From the human T2T-CHM13v2.0 reference genome, Homo sapiens, in NCBI RefSeq assembly GCF_009914755.1, contig NC_060944.1: a stretch of DNA of 64,000 bases; one strand, written 5' to 3'. Positions 12,601 through 26,790 of the stretch are shown in pieces; within the stretch, counting starts at the first letter, position 1; the number at the start of each line of letters is the position of its first letter. The notes under the pieces are model-generated. The model saw only the letters and a program-made list of their open reading frames with translations. It had not been told where the DNA came from and ran no database searches. Position numbers and translations under genes: made by a program.

Positions 12601-15280
12601 CAGGGGCAATGGTCAGGAAGAAACCTATCAAGTGTAGTCACACTGAGCAGAACATTGAGGCTGTCTTGGCCCCAGGGAAATGACAAAGGAAGGGTTTGAA
12701 CTTATACCTCTCTTACAGTAGCTCCTGGCTAATGACCCTCTCCTCAGCAGTTCAGGTGCATAATAATGCAGTCACTGCCCATAAGCTTATGGTTCAGGTA
12801 GAATTAGTGGAGTTAGGGTTTTTCTTCTGTTAAACTTGTTGGTTTGCAATGTATCACTTTCTAGGAAACTTGGCACGTTGGGGCTCTGGCTGGTGTTGAG
12901 AAGAAGGTGCTGGGGGCTGGGCAAACCCTGCTGCTACAGATGCAGAGAGGGATACAAAAGGAAGGCCACAGTATTACCTTTAAAAGAAAAATCCCAATAA
13001 GTTTATTTCCAGGTACAGTTATTATGGATGTAATCCTATTAACCTGCATTTTGAATCCAGATTGAACATAAAGAGTGAGTGTTTGGAGTCTGTTCTAGGC
13101 TATGACTGGGTGGTAGGAGACAAGAAGTTAACGCTGCTACTACAATTCAGTTGAGAAATGACAGTCCAATGCCCGGCTATAGACCAGAATAGCTTCGTTT
13201 ATCATTACCTCTGAGGGCCCTGCCTGCTGATGGGATGAGACATCATCTTGCTTTTGCACGCAGCACTTGGTCCCTGAGTAGTGACTAATACTAGAGAAGG
13301 TTAATTGATTTGGGCAATTTTGGACACAGATGTTCTCCCTGGATCCTTTGAGTTGAGGCTAGAGCAGCCAGTTGGACTGTGAGGTCTCTGGGATCCGGTC
13401 CTATTAACAGCCTGGTAACTAACATAGGTGTCTCTGCTGTTCTAGGACTGAGACACACTAGCAGAGCCCAGGTCCCCTCCTGAGCAAGAGTGGGCGCTCC
13501 TGCCAGCATCCACTGGGGGGTGGAGGGACAGGGCTCGCCATCCACTGTGGACTTGGAGCTGTTACCAAACTAATTTTCACTGAGAACAAAGAAGCCGGCT
13601 TCAAAACTGAGAGCCCAGTGAGAAGAATGGCTCTTTTTATCCAGGTCATGCATTTTACATTTTCCCTGTTTAATAAGCTAAAAGTCTGAAAATGCCAAAT
13701 TTGGATCTTTTATTAAGTAGGCCCTAAAAGTGCACACAGGTCTACAAAAGTGTGTGCAGGTCTTATATGCCTTCACATTTAAAAGATGTGTTTGAACATC
13801 CCAGGTGACCGTCCACAGGGACTTTGATCTGGCATACAGAATGCTGGAAGGGCAAGGTATTGTGTATCTTTCTGTCCCTCTGGGAACAAGGAAGGGATCT
13901 GCCAGAGAACTTGCTGGAGAGATGGCATTTTGATTATATGAGAATAGCTAACCTGCTGCTTTCCAGTTTTTAGCATAGCATCCAGGAAGAATGGGATTTT
14001 TGTTGGAATTATGCATTTTAAAAAAAAGCTTTCCAGGGAGGTATGATAATGGGGGAGGAAGGAGTGGATATTGAACCTGGGATTTTTTTTTTTTAACTTC
14101 TCCAATTCTCCTCTCTTTTCACACACGTGAAATGTTTTCTAGCAAGTTTCTAGCATATGTATTTACCCGTGATAGTCAAGTTGTACTTTTATTATCTTAA
14201 AAAGATTGTTCTTGGTGTGGTGAGGCTCTGCAGGAGGGACAGTGCCTAGCACCTCTCTGTAAGTTGTATGGATGTATTGATTTTATGTAGAGACGGCCAA
14301 ATGCATCCGAAGGGAATTGCATCTTGGTGGACATATGTTTGAACTGTTGTCAGTAATGAAGGTAAATGGCTATATTTTAATTTTGAATCTTTATCTCCTG
14401 GTTTTTGTTGTTGTCAATCCTTGCCAATAATTTTGAACTTGATCTTCATTTGTGGGCAAGTTTCATGCTTGCAAAGGTTGCTTTCAATTTTGACCCTATG
14501 GAATTGTTAGAAATCATAAACCAGAAGAATCGATTCCTGAATCTTTTGTATTATTTTATAGGGTGTAAATAGGACTTTTTTTTCTTTTTTTTTTTTTGCA
14601 GGGTGGCAGGAGGATACAGTTTTACTTTCTAATGTTCTCTATAGGCCAGTTTCCAAATTACTCTGCCTGCCACGGGTTCACAAATCAAGAAACCATCTTG
14701 TTTAGAATGGCCAGGCAATGAGATTAAATTTCCTCTTGGACATTCTTTAATTTTGAGAATGCATCAACATTTAGCTCACCACGTGGATTGCATAGAATGT
14801 GTTCCTGTGCACCCAAGGAGATGTGGATTTCCATTTATTTCTCACTGTGGCTGCCCTTGTACCACAACAGCCAGCTGAAAATGGAAAGGTTTAGTCAGGA
14901 ATTTACAAAGAACCAAGCAGAGTCTCTTTTTAGATATGCCCAAGCATCAGACTGTTTGATTCAAATGTTTTTTAAGCTTCTCTCCAGATGTTTGACAATA
15001 TGTGAGCACAGCTGGTTTGTCTTCACCAAGATAGGCGGCTTTGCTGCAGTCCTGTTAGAGAATGTTTTCTCTTAACATGCTAAGAAGGAAAAAGGGCTGG
15101 ACCCCCATTGTAATAAGATCGTGCATAGCAGGTCCATCATATGACTAAAAGAAGAAATACATAACACGTGACTCAGTACAATCCCAGAATTACCATCTGG
15201 GACTGACAAACTTGTTTCTCATGTAAGAGGTTGCAGCACCCTCATTTTGGTTCTGGTGCATTAAGAATTCATTCTTTCCT

Positions 15281-15590
15281 GGCTGGGCACGGTGGTTCAT
15301 GCCTATAATCTTAGCACTTTGGAAGGCCATGGTGGGTGAATCACTTGAGGCCGGGAGTTCAAGATCAGCCTGGGCAACATGGCAAAACTCTGCCCCTACC
15401 TATACAAAAGTATTAAAAAAATAGCTGGGCATGGTGGCATGCATCTGTAGTTCCAGCTAATCAGGACGCTGAGGCGGGAGGATCACTTGAACCTGGGAGG
15501 CAGAGGTTGCATTGAGCCAAGAACGCACCACTGCACTCCAGCCTGGGTGACAAAGTGAGACGCTGCCTCAAATAAATAAATAACAAATAA
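15281..15590 (+). mobile_element. AluJ
   Basis: Full diverged dimer, J-type 'ggaggatcacttga', (AAAT)n tail. Confidence 0.9.
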
Positions 15591-15759
15591 TCAGTCCTCT
15601 CCTTGCAAGTAAGACTGAGGGCGGGGGTGGGGGCAACCAAACTGTAATTCTTAATAGTTGCTAAAAGCATTGGTTCATCTAAAATTACTATCTTGGCCTC
15701 TTTCTGACCCACCAAAGCAGTGGTGTTCTCACTGGTTTTAATATTTGCCATTTTATGTG

Positions 15760-15955
15760 TGTTCACTGTGAGCCAGGATTTTTAATAAACCATTGCAAAC
15801 ATTATTTCAGTTAGTTCCTGTAAACTACTGATGAGGAAGTTTGAAATCATCTCTATTTCACAGATGAAGAAGCTGGCTTCAGAGTGGGAGTTTCCTCACA
15901 TACAGTCACAGACCTCATTAGTACAGATTCTCAAAGCCATCACCTGCTTCCTTAA
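15760..15955 (-). mobile_element. MIR fragment
   Basis: 'ctctatttcacagatgaagaagctggcttcagag'. Confidence 0.6.
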
Positions 15956-16197
15956 ATCAAGCCTACATCAAATAAGTAAATAGCAATGAAGAAAGTCTTC
16001 CACATTTCAATTCACCACAATGACATTTGTTAATCACTTACTACATATCAGCGTTCCATTTGGGTTGGTTCTTTTTGAAATGTTCTGTAGAAGCATCTGA
16101 TTCTCAGCACTCTGAATTATTTTGGGTACTCTGTGGTCGTTTCTCTGAAACATGTGTCTTGAGTATGATAAGTAATAGAATATTTTGGCAGTACAAT

Positions 16198-16280
16198 AGG
16201 CATGGTGGCTTACACCTGTAATCCCAGCACTTTGGGAGGCCAAGGCCGAAGGATCTCCTTGAGGCCAGGGGTTTGAGAAA
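16198..16280 (+). mobile_element. Alu left-arm/FLAM fragment
   Basis: ggcatggtggcttacacctgtaatcccagcactttgggaggcc, truncated after about 80 bp. Confidence 0.85.
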
Positions 16281-16454
16281 TAATATGTCCCCTTCCATCC
16301 CTGCCTCCACTATTTATGCTACCATTAACAAATTCTACATAACATAATTACACATGCTGCTGCCCACAAAGAGCAGGAGACCTTCTTATTCATGAAGACT
16401 CTGTGGTTCTTAATCAGTGATGCTTTTTCCATATCCATCATCTTTATGGTTTAT

Positions 16455-17086
16455 GTGGAGGTGGACAACTACAAAGTTAGAGGGGACATTCTTGAAGACC
16501 ACCCTCACTGCTGACACCAATTTCAAGTTCACAGATTCCCCAAACCACCCTTGGATTCGATAATTCTCTAGGAGGACTCACAGAGCTCACTGAAAGCTGT
16601 TATACTCATGGTTACCATTTATTACAGGGAAAGGACCCCAGTTAGAATCCGCCGAGGGAAGAAGTGGCACAGGGTGGTGTCAGAAGGGCACCAAACATGG
16701 AGTTTCTGTTGTCTTCTCCCCATGGAATCAAGAAAGTGTTATTCTCCCAGCACAGGGTGTGGCAGTGTATGTGGAATGTTGCCAGTGAAGGAGGCTCACT
16801 AGAGCCTCCATGTCCAGAGTCTTTATTTGGGACTCCATCACCTAGGGGTGATTGATTGCCCATGTGGCTGACCCAAGTCTCAAATCTCCAGCCCTTCTGG
16901 GAGCCAACTGATTCTGTATGACCCAAACCTCCACCCCATATCACATTGTTACTATCCAGCTGGCCCAAGGTGCCCAGGGAAAGAAATACACTGCCATCAG
17001 GAATGACATTCCAAGGACTTAGAAATGGCCTCTCCCAGGGCCAAAGGCAAGAGCCAGACCTCTCTTTGGGTAAGGTTAAATTCTCT
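16455..17086 (+). mobile_element. MER21-type LTR (MER21C-like)
   Basis: 'ggactcacagagctcactgaaagctgttatactcatggtta' and 'ccagacctctctttgggtaaggttaaattc' are characteristic; orientation not certain. Confidence 0.75.
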
Positions 17087-20000
17087 CTTTCTCTTTCTTT
17101 CTTTGGCTTTTTAACATTTTTTTATTTTTTATTTTTCTGGATACATAGAAGGTATATATATTTTTGGGATACATGAGATATTTTGATTTAGATATGCAGT
17201 GTGTAATAGTCACAGGTAAATAAGGTATCCATCACCTCAAGCATTTATCTTTTGTATTCCAAACAATCCAGTTACATTCTTTTAGTTATTTTAAAATACA
17301 CAATTAAATTATTGTTGACTACAGTCACCCTGCTGTGCTATGAAATAGTAGGTCTTACTCATTCTAACTACTTTTTTGTACCCATTAACCATCCCCACTC
17401 CCCCCTGCCAGCCTGTACTGCCCTTCTCATCCATCCTTCTACTAGTAACCATTCTTCTACTCTCTATCTCCATGAGTTGAATTGTTTGAATGTTTAACTC
17501 CCAGAAATAAGTGAGAACATGCAATATTTATCTCTCTGTGCCTGGTTTATTTCACTTAACATAATGATCTCCAGTTCTATCCATCTTATTTCAGATGACA
17601 GGATCTCATTCTTTTTTATGGCTGAATAATACTCCATCGTGTATAGGTACCACATTTTCTTTGTCCACTCATCTGTTGATGGACATTTAGGTTGCTTCCA
17701 AATTTTGACTGTTGGGAATAGTGCTACAAGAAACATGGTAGCAAAGATGTCTCTTTGATTTCCTTTCTTTTGGGTATATACCTAGCAGTGGGATTGCTGC
17801 ATCATGTGGTAGCCCTATTTTTAGTTTTTTTGAGGAACCCCCAAGCAGTTCTCCATAGTGGGTGTACTAATTTACATTCCCACCCACAGTGTATGAGGGT
17901 TCCCTTTCTCCACATCCTCACCAGCATTTGTTATTGCCTGTCTTTTGGACTTTTGGATAAAATCCATTTTAACTGGGATGAAATGATATCTCATTGTAGT
18001 TTAGATTTGCATTTCTGTGATGAGCAGTGATACTGAGCACATTTCCATATATCTGTTTGCCATTTGTACATCATCTTTTGAGAAATGTCTATTCAGACCT
18101 TTGCCCATTTAAAAAACCAGATTATTAGATTCTTTCCTATAGAGTTGTTTGAGCCCTTTATATATTCTGGTTACTAATCCCTTGTCAGGTGAGTAGTTTG
18201 CACATATTTTCTCCCATTCTGTGGGTTGTCTGTTCACTTTGTTGATTGTTTCCTTTGCTGTGTGGAAGCTTTTTAACTTGATGTAATCTTATTTGTCCAT
18301 TTTTGCTTTAGTTGCCTGTGCTTGTGGGTGTTATTCAAGAAATCTTTGCCCAGTCCAGTGTCTTGGAAAGTTTCCCCAATGTTTTCTTTTAATAATTTCA
18401 TGGTTTGAGGTCTTAGATTTAAGTCTTTAATCTATTTTGATTTGATTTCTGTATATGGCAAGAGATAGGGATCTGGTTCTATTCTTCTGCATATGGATAT
18501 CCAGTTTTCCCAGCACCATTTATTGAAGAGACAGTCTTTTCCCCAGTTTACGTTCTTGGTGCCTTTGTCGAAAATGTGTTCACTGAAGGTATGTGGATTT
18601 GTTTCTGGGTTATCTCTTCTGTTCCATTGGCTTATGTGTCTGTTTTTATGCCAGTACCATGCTAATTTGGTTACTATAGCTTTGTAGTATGATTTGAAGT
18701 CAAGCAATGTAATTCTTCCAGTTTTGTTCTTTTTGCTCAGGAGAGCTTTGGCTATTCTGGGTCTTTTGTGGTTCTATATACATTTTAGGATTATTTTTTC
18801 TGTTTCTGTGAAGAATGTCATTGGTATTTTCATAGGGGTTGCATTGAATCCATAGATTGCTTTGGAAAGTATGGACACTTTAATGTATTTATTCTTCTAA
18901 TCCAGAGACATGGAACATCTTTTCTTTTTTGTGGCCTCTTTTTTCATCAATGGCTTATAGTTGTTATTATAGATCTTTTACTTCTTTGGTGTTAATTCTT
19001 AGGTGTTTTATAACTATTGTAAATGGAATTACTTTCTAGATTTCTATTTCAGATTGTTCACTGTTGACATATAGAAATGCTACTAATTTTTGCATGTTGA
19101 TTTTGTATCCTGCAACTTCACTGAATTTATTTATCTGTTGTAATCATTTTTTGTTGGAATCTTTAGGTTTTTCCAAGTATAAGATCATATCATCTGCAAA
19201 CAAGTATAATTCAACTTCTTCCTTTTCAATTTGGTTGCTCTTTCTTTCTCTTGTCTAATTGCTGTAGCTAAGACTTCTAGTACTCTGTTGAATAAGAGTA
19301 GTGACAGTGGGATTCCTCATCATGTTCCAGATCTTGGAGGAAAGGCTTTCAGTTTTTTTTCTCATTCAGTATGACACTGGCAGTGAGTCTGTCATATATG
19401 GCTTTTACTATATTGAGGTATGTTTCTTATATACCAAGTGTTTATGAGCATTTTTCTTAATCATGAAGGGATGTTGGTTTTTATCAATTGCTTTTTCAGC
19501 ATCAACTGAAATGATCATATGGTTTTTGTCCTTCATTCTGTTGATATATCAGATTGATTGATTCATGTATGTTGAACCATCTTCGCATCCCTGGGATAAA
19601 TACCACTTGATCATGATGAATTATCTTTTTAATGTGCTGTTGAAATTGGTTTGCTAGTATTTTGTTGAGGATTTTTGCATTAATATTCATCAGGGATATT
19701 GGTTTGTAGGCTTTCTTTTTTTGATGTATCTTTGTCTGGGTGTGGTATTAGGGTAATACTGGCCTCACATAATGAGTTTGGAAGTATCCCCTCCTCCTCT
19801 ATTTTTCAGAATCTTTTAAGTAGGATTGATATTAGTTCTTTAAATATTTGGTAAAATTCAGCAGTGAAGCCAGTGGGTCCTGGGCTTTTCTTTGCTGGCT
19901 TTTTAGTATGGCTTTGATCTTATTACTCATTATTGGTCTGTTAAGATTTTCTTCATGATTAAATATTGGTAGGTTGCATATGTCTAGGAATTTATACCTT

Positions 20001-21360
20001 TCCTCTATATTTTCCAACTTATTGTCATACAGTTGCTCATAGTAGCCACTAATGATCCTTTGCGTTTCTGTGTTATCAGTTGCAATGTCTCTTTTTTCAT
20101 CTCTGATTGTATTTATTTGGGTCTTCTCTCTTTTTTTTCTCAATCTAGCTAAAGGTTTGTCAATTGTGTTTATCTTTTTTAAAACCCAGCTTTCATTTCA
20201 TTGATTTTTTTTGTATTTTTTTTCAATTTTATTTATTTTTGTTCTGATTTTTATTATTTCTTCTACTAATTTTTGGTTTGGTTTGTTCTTGCTTTTCTAG
20301 CTCTTTAAGATGCATTGTTAGGTTGTTTAAAGTTTTTCTACTTTGTTGATATAGGTGCTTATAGCTATAAACTTCCCTCTTAGTACTACTTTTGCTGTGT
20401 TCCGTAGGTTTTGCCATGTTTTGTTTCCATTATAATGTTTCAAGAAATTTTTCAATTTCCTTCTTAATTTCTTCATTGCCCACTGGAGCATTATTCAGGA
20501 GCCTAGTGTTTAATTTCCATGTGTTTGTATAGTTTCCAAAATTCCTCTTTTATTGATTTCTAGTTTTCCATTGTGGTCAGATACTTGATATTATTTAAAT
20601 TTTTTAAATGTTTTAAGATTTGTTTTTGTGACCTTGTTTTATCATCTGTCCTTGAGGATGATTTATGTTATGAAGAGAAGAATGTGTATTCTGCAGCCAT
20701 TGGATGATACGTTCTGTAAATATCGATTAGGTCCATTTTGTCTGTACTGCAGATTAACTCTGACATTTCTGTGTTTACTTTCTGTCTGGAAGATCCATCC
20801 AATGCTGAAAGTGGGCTGTTGAAGTCTTCAGCTATTATTGTATTGAGGTCTCTCTCTCTCTTTACCTCTGATAATATTTGCTTTAGATATCTGGGTGATC
20901 CCTTGTTGGGCGCATATGTATTTATAATTGTTACAGCTGCTTGCTGAATTGACCGCTTTATCACCATGCAATGACCTCCTTTGTCTCTTCTTATACTTTT
21001 TGTCTTGAAATCTATTTTGTCTGATATAAGTGTAGCTACTCTTGCTCTTTTGGTTTCCATTGACATGGAATATCTTTTTCCATTCTGAATTATTGACAAG
21101 TAAAGACTTACTCCTGCCATTTTATTATGTGCTTTATGGTTGTTTTGTGGTCTCTTCTTTTCCTTCTTTAGTTGCTTTCTGTCTTCATTTTGGTGAAGGT
21201 GATTTCCTCTGATGATATGTTTCAATTTCTTGCTTTTCATTTTTTTTGTTCATCCATTGTATGTTTTTTGATTTGAGGCTACCATGAGGTTTTCAAATAA
21301 TACCTTATAACCCACTATTTTAAACTGATGACAACTTAACACTGATTGTACAAACAAATT
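17087..21360 (-). mobile_element. 5'-truncated L1MA (L1MA2/3-like), 3'UTR plus disrupted ORF2
   Basis: Minus-strand ORF remnants match ORF2p: EN (ISDKIDFK..IRRDK.GH, 20668-21240), RT region ([23 protein letters not shown]), [12 protein letters not shown], and C-term ([26 protein letters not shown]); many frameshifts. Confidence 0.95.
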
Positions 21361-21709
21361 GTCTACCTCACAGCTTGACTGTCAGAATGAAGTTTGAATA
21401 ACTGCATAGTTTTGATTTTTGCCACTTCTTGGGAGACATCATTATTAATTTAGTTTTTTGTGAGTTGTTCTGCTAACTACAACATTTGATTATTACTTTT
21501 TTCAGCAAATAATACTGCTGAATGTATGTAGAATTTTACACAGGCCTGCTTTTTAGTCAAATATGAATCATCTATTCTCATTTTGCTAAAAAAGAGGCTT
21601 AACCAACCCTCCACAAAATTAGATTATATGGTAAAACTTGTTTTTACCTAATGCTCTTTCAATTAAAAACTGTTATATGAAGTTGGTGGACTATACCCAA
21701 CCGGGTGTG

Positions 21710-22115
21710 GGTAGGCTGTACTCTGGTGGGGCAGGGGAGGGGAGGGGATTGAGCCCTGATTCCTAGTCTTTGCCAATTGCCATGGTGTAATTTTGTGATC
21801 TATTTCAAGCTACCAACATTACATCATCGAATGTGGAGTTTGGGAAGAGATGAAAATAGCACATTGTAATATTTCTATCTCTCAGATATAATAGGTCAAA
21901 ATAACCTCTTTAGCATAGATAAGAATAAGGTGGTAAAATAATTCTGAAGTGAGAAATTATGAGTATTCCTCACTTTTATCTTAATATGATGTATTAATTA
22001 CAGTTTTCTACAGGTTAGTTTTTCTCTGTGGCTATGTTTAACAACAAGCAGGCAAATTTCTGGATCCTTAACAGCAGGCTCTGGTGAGTCTGCAGGAGCC
22101 TGCTGCAGCTCAGTT
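21710..22115 (-). mobile_element. MER63-like hAT DNA transposon
   Basis: 'gccaattgccatggtgtaa', 'tggagtttgggaagagatg', 'ggctatgtttaacaacaagcaggcaaatttctg'. Confidence 0.65.
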
Positions 22116-22444
22116 GGCTGTACCCCACCTAAGAAGCTGTGGCTAGAGAGCTTACGAGCCCCTCCAATGGAGAGCTGCATATCATCCTGTTTTATCTCAG
22201 CCAGCACATTGTTTTCTCCAATGCTGGGTCTTCCTTTCCAAAACAGCCTATTTAAGGAGCTCACATTTTAACCAATAGAACCATAATTTAACTCGTAAGC
22301 AGAAGGTTGAATTTCATTTAGGAGTTTGCTTATAGTTCTGGGTTCTGTGATCTTGTAATAAAATATGCTATGGAGAATAAAGTCCACCATGTCTGTATGA
22401 TTTTGTTAAAGTGACTTTAATAAGTTGATGAGTGCGGAATGGCA

Positions 22445-22568
22445 TGCACACATACACACACACAGACACGCAGACACACAGACACACAAAGACACACACA
22501 CACTCAGACACTCACAGACGCACACAGACACTCAGACAGACACACAGAGACACTCAGACACTCACATA
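22445..22568. repeat. Imperfect (CA)n/(CACAGA)n microsatellite
   Basis: Directly visible. Confidence 0.9.
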
Positions 22569-22778
22569 CCCCTCCTCTTTTTACAGCCATGTCAAGATAG
22601 AAGGGTGATTTTGGTGATCAGCTGTGGATGAATAGCCAGGTATAAATCTTGTTTCCTTCCCTGTTTCACTGTATACTAATTAATATATGGTGCTTCTTAC
22701 TTGATTCTACTGTAAGGAAAACACCGTGGGATTGTAGATGACTCTGGCTTACTGTAAAGATCCAGGCTGTTCTGCTGA

Positions 22779-23232
<454 letters not shown>

Positions 23233-24164
23233 TAGTACCTTCGGGGTAGTAAATATCATTGATTCATGTGGGCTTGAAGAGATGCTGTAATATTTTTTAG
23301 ATTATTAAGAAGGCTCTACTTAAACAGGTGATTTTTTATAATCATTGTGCCATGGGTGACTTGAGTTAAGCAACCAGACCCTTTCTTTAAAATGTAATTA
23401 CAATTGCTTTCAACATTCTTTTTTTTAAAAAAAAAATTCTTTTTTCTCCTTTTTCCATTTTTGATACTTCCAAGGGCATTTTTATATGTTCTATTAAGGA
23501 AATCCCTGCTGTGGCAGATGCTAGCAGCAAATACTCTAGAGCTGTCTGTTGTTTCTGCCTTGGATGAGATTTTATAGCATTATTGAGCATTTCAGAACAT
23601 TATATCAGAAGTGCACGCTGCAGAGTTTGGTTGTAAACTTAAGGTTTCCATTGCCATTTTAGAAACCTGCTTCCTAACATAATTTACTTTCAGTATCTGA
23701 AAATATTAAAAGACCCAAAGCAAATAAAACAAGAGCAGTATCTATTCAGTTTTGATTTGTGATGCCTTTTGATTATGGCGATCCCACATAATTAATAATG
23801 TGCTTTATTTGAGAATCCTGCATTATATAAGCTAGCTATGAAAGTCACTGTACAAAAGGGGGCATGTGTTACACTTTTTTCCCCATAATTACTCTGAGCA
23901 CTGTACCAAAAAGCACTAATAGAAATGTGGCGTCTGTTGACTTCATATCTGGAGAATAAAATCAGCCAAACCACAGGGGTGGAATTAAGAAGTGACCCCT
24001 TCTACCAACCCCAGCCCCCTCCAACTTAGTTTCCTTCAAATGCCCAGACATGAAATTCTGATCCAGCAAAAATGACAATGTCTAGAAATCTGACTGTTCT
24101 GAACTAGAATCCTCAGCGACCCTGCCTCCAGCCTCCTCCACCACTTTCTCCCCCATGGAATTTA

Positions 24165-24755
24165 CCTCCCCCCCTCTCTCTCCCTCCTCTCCCTCCCCCT
24201 CTCTACCTCCCCTCCCTCCTCTCCCTCCCCCCTCTCTCCATCTCTGCCTTCCCCCCTCCCTCCCCACCCTCCACCTCTCTCTCTCTTTCCATCCCTGCCC
24301 TCCCTCTCTCCCTCCCTGTCCCTCCCTCCCTCCCTCTCTCTCCCTCTCTCGCCCTCTCTCGCCCTCTCTCGCCCTCTCTCGCCCTCTCTCGCCCTCTCTC
24401 GCCCTCTCTCGCCCTCTCTCGCCCTCTCTCTCCCTCCCCCTTCCTTCTCTCTCTCTGTCCCTTCCGTCCCTCTCTCTCCCTGCCCCTCCCTCCCTCTCTC
24501 TCCCTGCCCTTCCCTCCCTCTCTCCCTGCCCCTCCCTCCCTCTCTGTCTCCCTGTCCTTCCCTCCCTCTCTCTCTCTCCCCCTGCCCGCCCCTCCCTCTC
24601 TCCCTGCCCCCCCTCCCTCTCTCTCTCTCTCCCCCTGCCCGCCCCTCCCTCTCTCCCTGCTCCTCCCTCCCTCTCTGTCTCTCTCCTTGCCCCTCCTCAC
24701 TCACCCGCCTCCCCTCTCTCTCTTCCTCTCTCTCTCCACCTCTCTTCTCCCTACC
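24165..24755. repeat. C/T-rich polypyrimidine tract incl. (GCCCTCTCTC)8 at 24351-24430
   Basis: About 590 bp almost entirely C/T on +; eight perfect decamers. Confidence 0.95.
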
Positions 24756-25524
24756 CCACAACTGTGGACTCTGAGACATAGGATCTGAGCTTCATGGCTT
24801 AAGGTAAACCTTATTCCTGTCTTCATGGCAATCTAAAAATATTCATGTAATTGCTGGTTGATCACGAACTACAAATGAACACCACTTGTGAGATAAATTC
24901 AGTGTGTTTTTATACTAATTCTGAAAGAAAGCTTTCTTGCACAGTATGGTTTTGCATCTGCCCATGAGTGTTGCAGCCAAAGGCAGAATTCCAGCTAATG
25001 CCGGAATTAGCTTCAGGAATGTCACAAGTTCTAGGCCAGAGTGAGTCTCTAGAACACCAGAAGAGATCTGCACGTGGTCACCACTAGACCAGTCCTATTG
25101 GACGCACAGGAATAACAGTAGTGGTGACATAAGCCACGAGCTTAATGCAGGTTAATGAGGACACGCGGTGGTTCTCCTGTTGGAATACTAATCAGATTGA
25201 AAATCAACCACATCATTTTCACACTGATTCAAGTTTTAATTTTATTGGAGTTTCCTTGAGTTCTTACCCCACAAATATTTTGGTAATTTCAGTCCTGCGT
25301 TAAGCTCTGAACTAAGCCCCTGGAAAGTGAGGAGGCATGCGCCCTGGTTCCTGTCCTCGGTAGACGGAAGTCAAAGCCAACGTTTGCAGGACATTTCCTG
25401 CCTGCCAGACTCATCTAGAAGTGTGTGTGCCCGTGTGTGTGCACGTGTGTGTGTTCTGAACATGTGTGGTCTGAACATATGTATTTTTTCTAAACGTAGA
25501 CACAACACATAACACACATTTATA

Positions 25525-25720
25525 TCCATATGTATCAGTTTAATCCTCACAACAGTGCTATGGGGTAGGTTGTACCTCCACATTACAGCCCTGGAACCTG
25601 GGGCTGGAGAGTTGAAGGAAGGCCCCCGGTGAGACACAGGTGGAGAGTGGGAGCATCAGCCGCCACACCTGGCTTCAGAGCTGCTCGCCCCACCTTCAGT
25701 CCTTCTGTGTAGCTGAAGAG
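25525..25720 (-). mobile_element. MIR fragment
   Basis: 'tttaatcctcacaacagtgctatggggtaggt...cattacagccctggaacctggggctggagag'. Confidence 0.65.
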
Positions 25721-26790
25721 CTCTGCAATTAAGTGTTAGGCTGGGCGAGACCAGCCAGTGATTTTCACACTATTACCTTTATCGCTGTAAACTTTTCTCA
25801 AGCAAAACAGTGTTCCTGAATATGGTTGAAAGGACATGGCTGGGGACAGGATGTCTGTGCATGGATCCCAGGAATACTGACACAGGCTGCTCCATGGTCT
25901 GTCTGGGCCACTGAGGTGGGATGTGTCCAAGTCCAGTCAGGTGGACAGGATCACACCTGGTACTGTTATAGAAGAGTTGAGTGCAGGAATCTGGGTTTAG
26001 GTGTTAGAAGACCACAGAAGCCCCGGGAGAGACAGAGAGGCCAGCCAGAGGTGACAAAGGCAGACAGGGGCTTCTGTCAGCTCAAGGGAAAGAGCCAGGG
26101 GCCGGGGCTGCCTGCAGGGGCCAGGGAGGACGTGTGGACACTGCAGGGGATGCAGCCTGAGGCCAAGAGATGGGGAGAGATGCCTGGTCCCTGCCTCCCC
26201 ACGCCTCTGCCTGCCAGCGGAATCCTGTGGGCAGGGAAGCCACGCAGTGTGCGTGGAGGGCCAGCTCCTTGCACCATGGTCCGGGGCAGGAGGGGTCCTA
26301 TGGCCAATGGGCAAATGCAGTGCAAGGGGGCAGCAAGAAGCTCCAGCCAGATTTCATTACGATGGTGGAGACATGGTCCGGGCCCCATGGGGTTAGGCGT
26401 GGAAACGAGTGAGGAATTACGATGATGGTCAGGAACATAGCTGGGCCAAAGGCAGGTATTGTCAAGATGGCAGACCTGTGCCCGTGTACAGGGAGCAGAG
26501 GAACCAGCAGAAACGAAGTCTCATGATGGGTAGCTGCAGGGATGCATGCCAATCCAGGCCAGGACTGGAAGACAGAAGAGATGAGGGCTGTGCTTTCTGC
26601 GGAGCGTGGAAGAAGGTCCACATAGGTCCACATCCCGCCTTCCTTGAGCTCAGTCTGCTCCCAGCTGGCGCCTCTGCATCCTGCGGTTGACACACAGTGA
26701 ACCTGCTTATCAAAGCCGTGGTCCTCCCACAGGAGCCCATTCCTGGGGCAGCTTTCTCTCCTTCCAGCCCATTGCTCATAAAAGAGATGG

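Noticed and set aside
20668-21240. 190-aa endonuclease-like ORF
   Set aside because: Remnant of L1 ORF2 EN domain with an internal deletion and downstream frameshifts
24155-24781. 208/205/165-aa Pro/Ser- or Arg/Glu/Gly-rich ORFs
   Set aside because: Translations of the C/T simple-repeat tract, which lacks stop codons by composition
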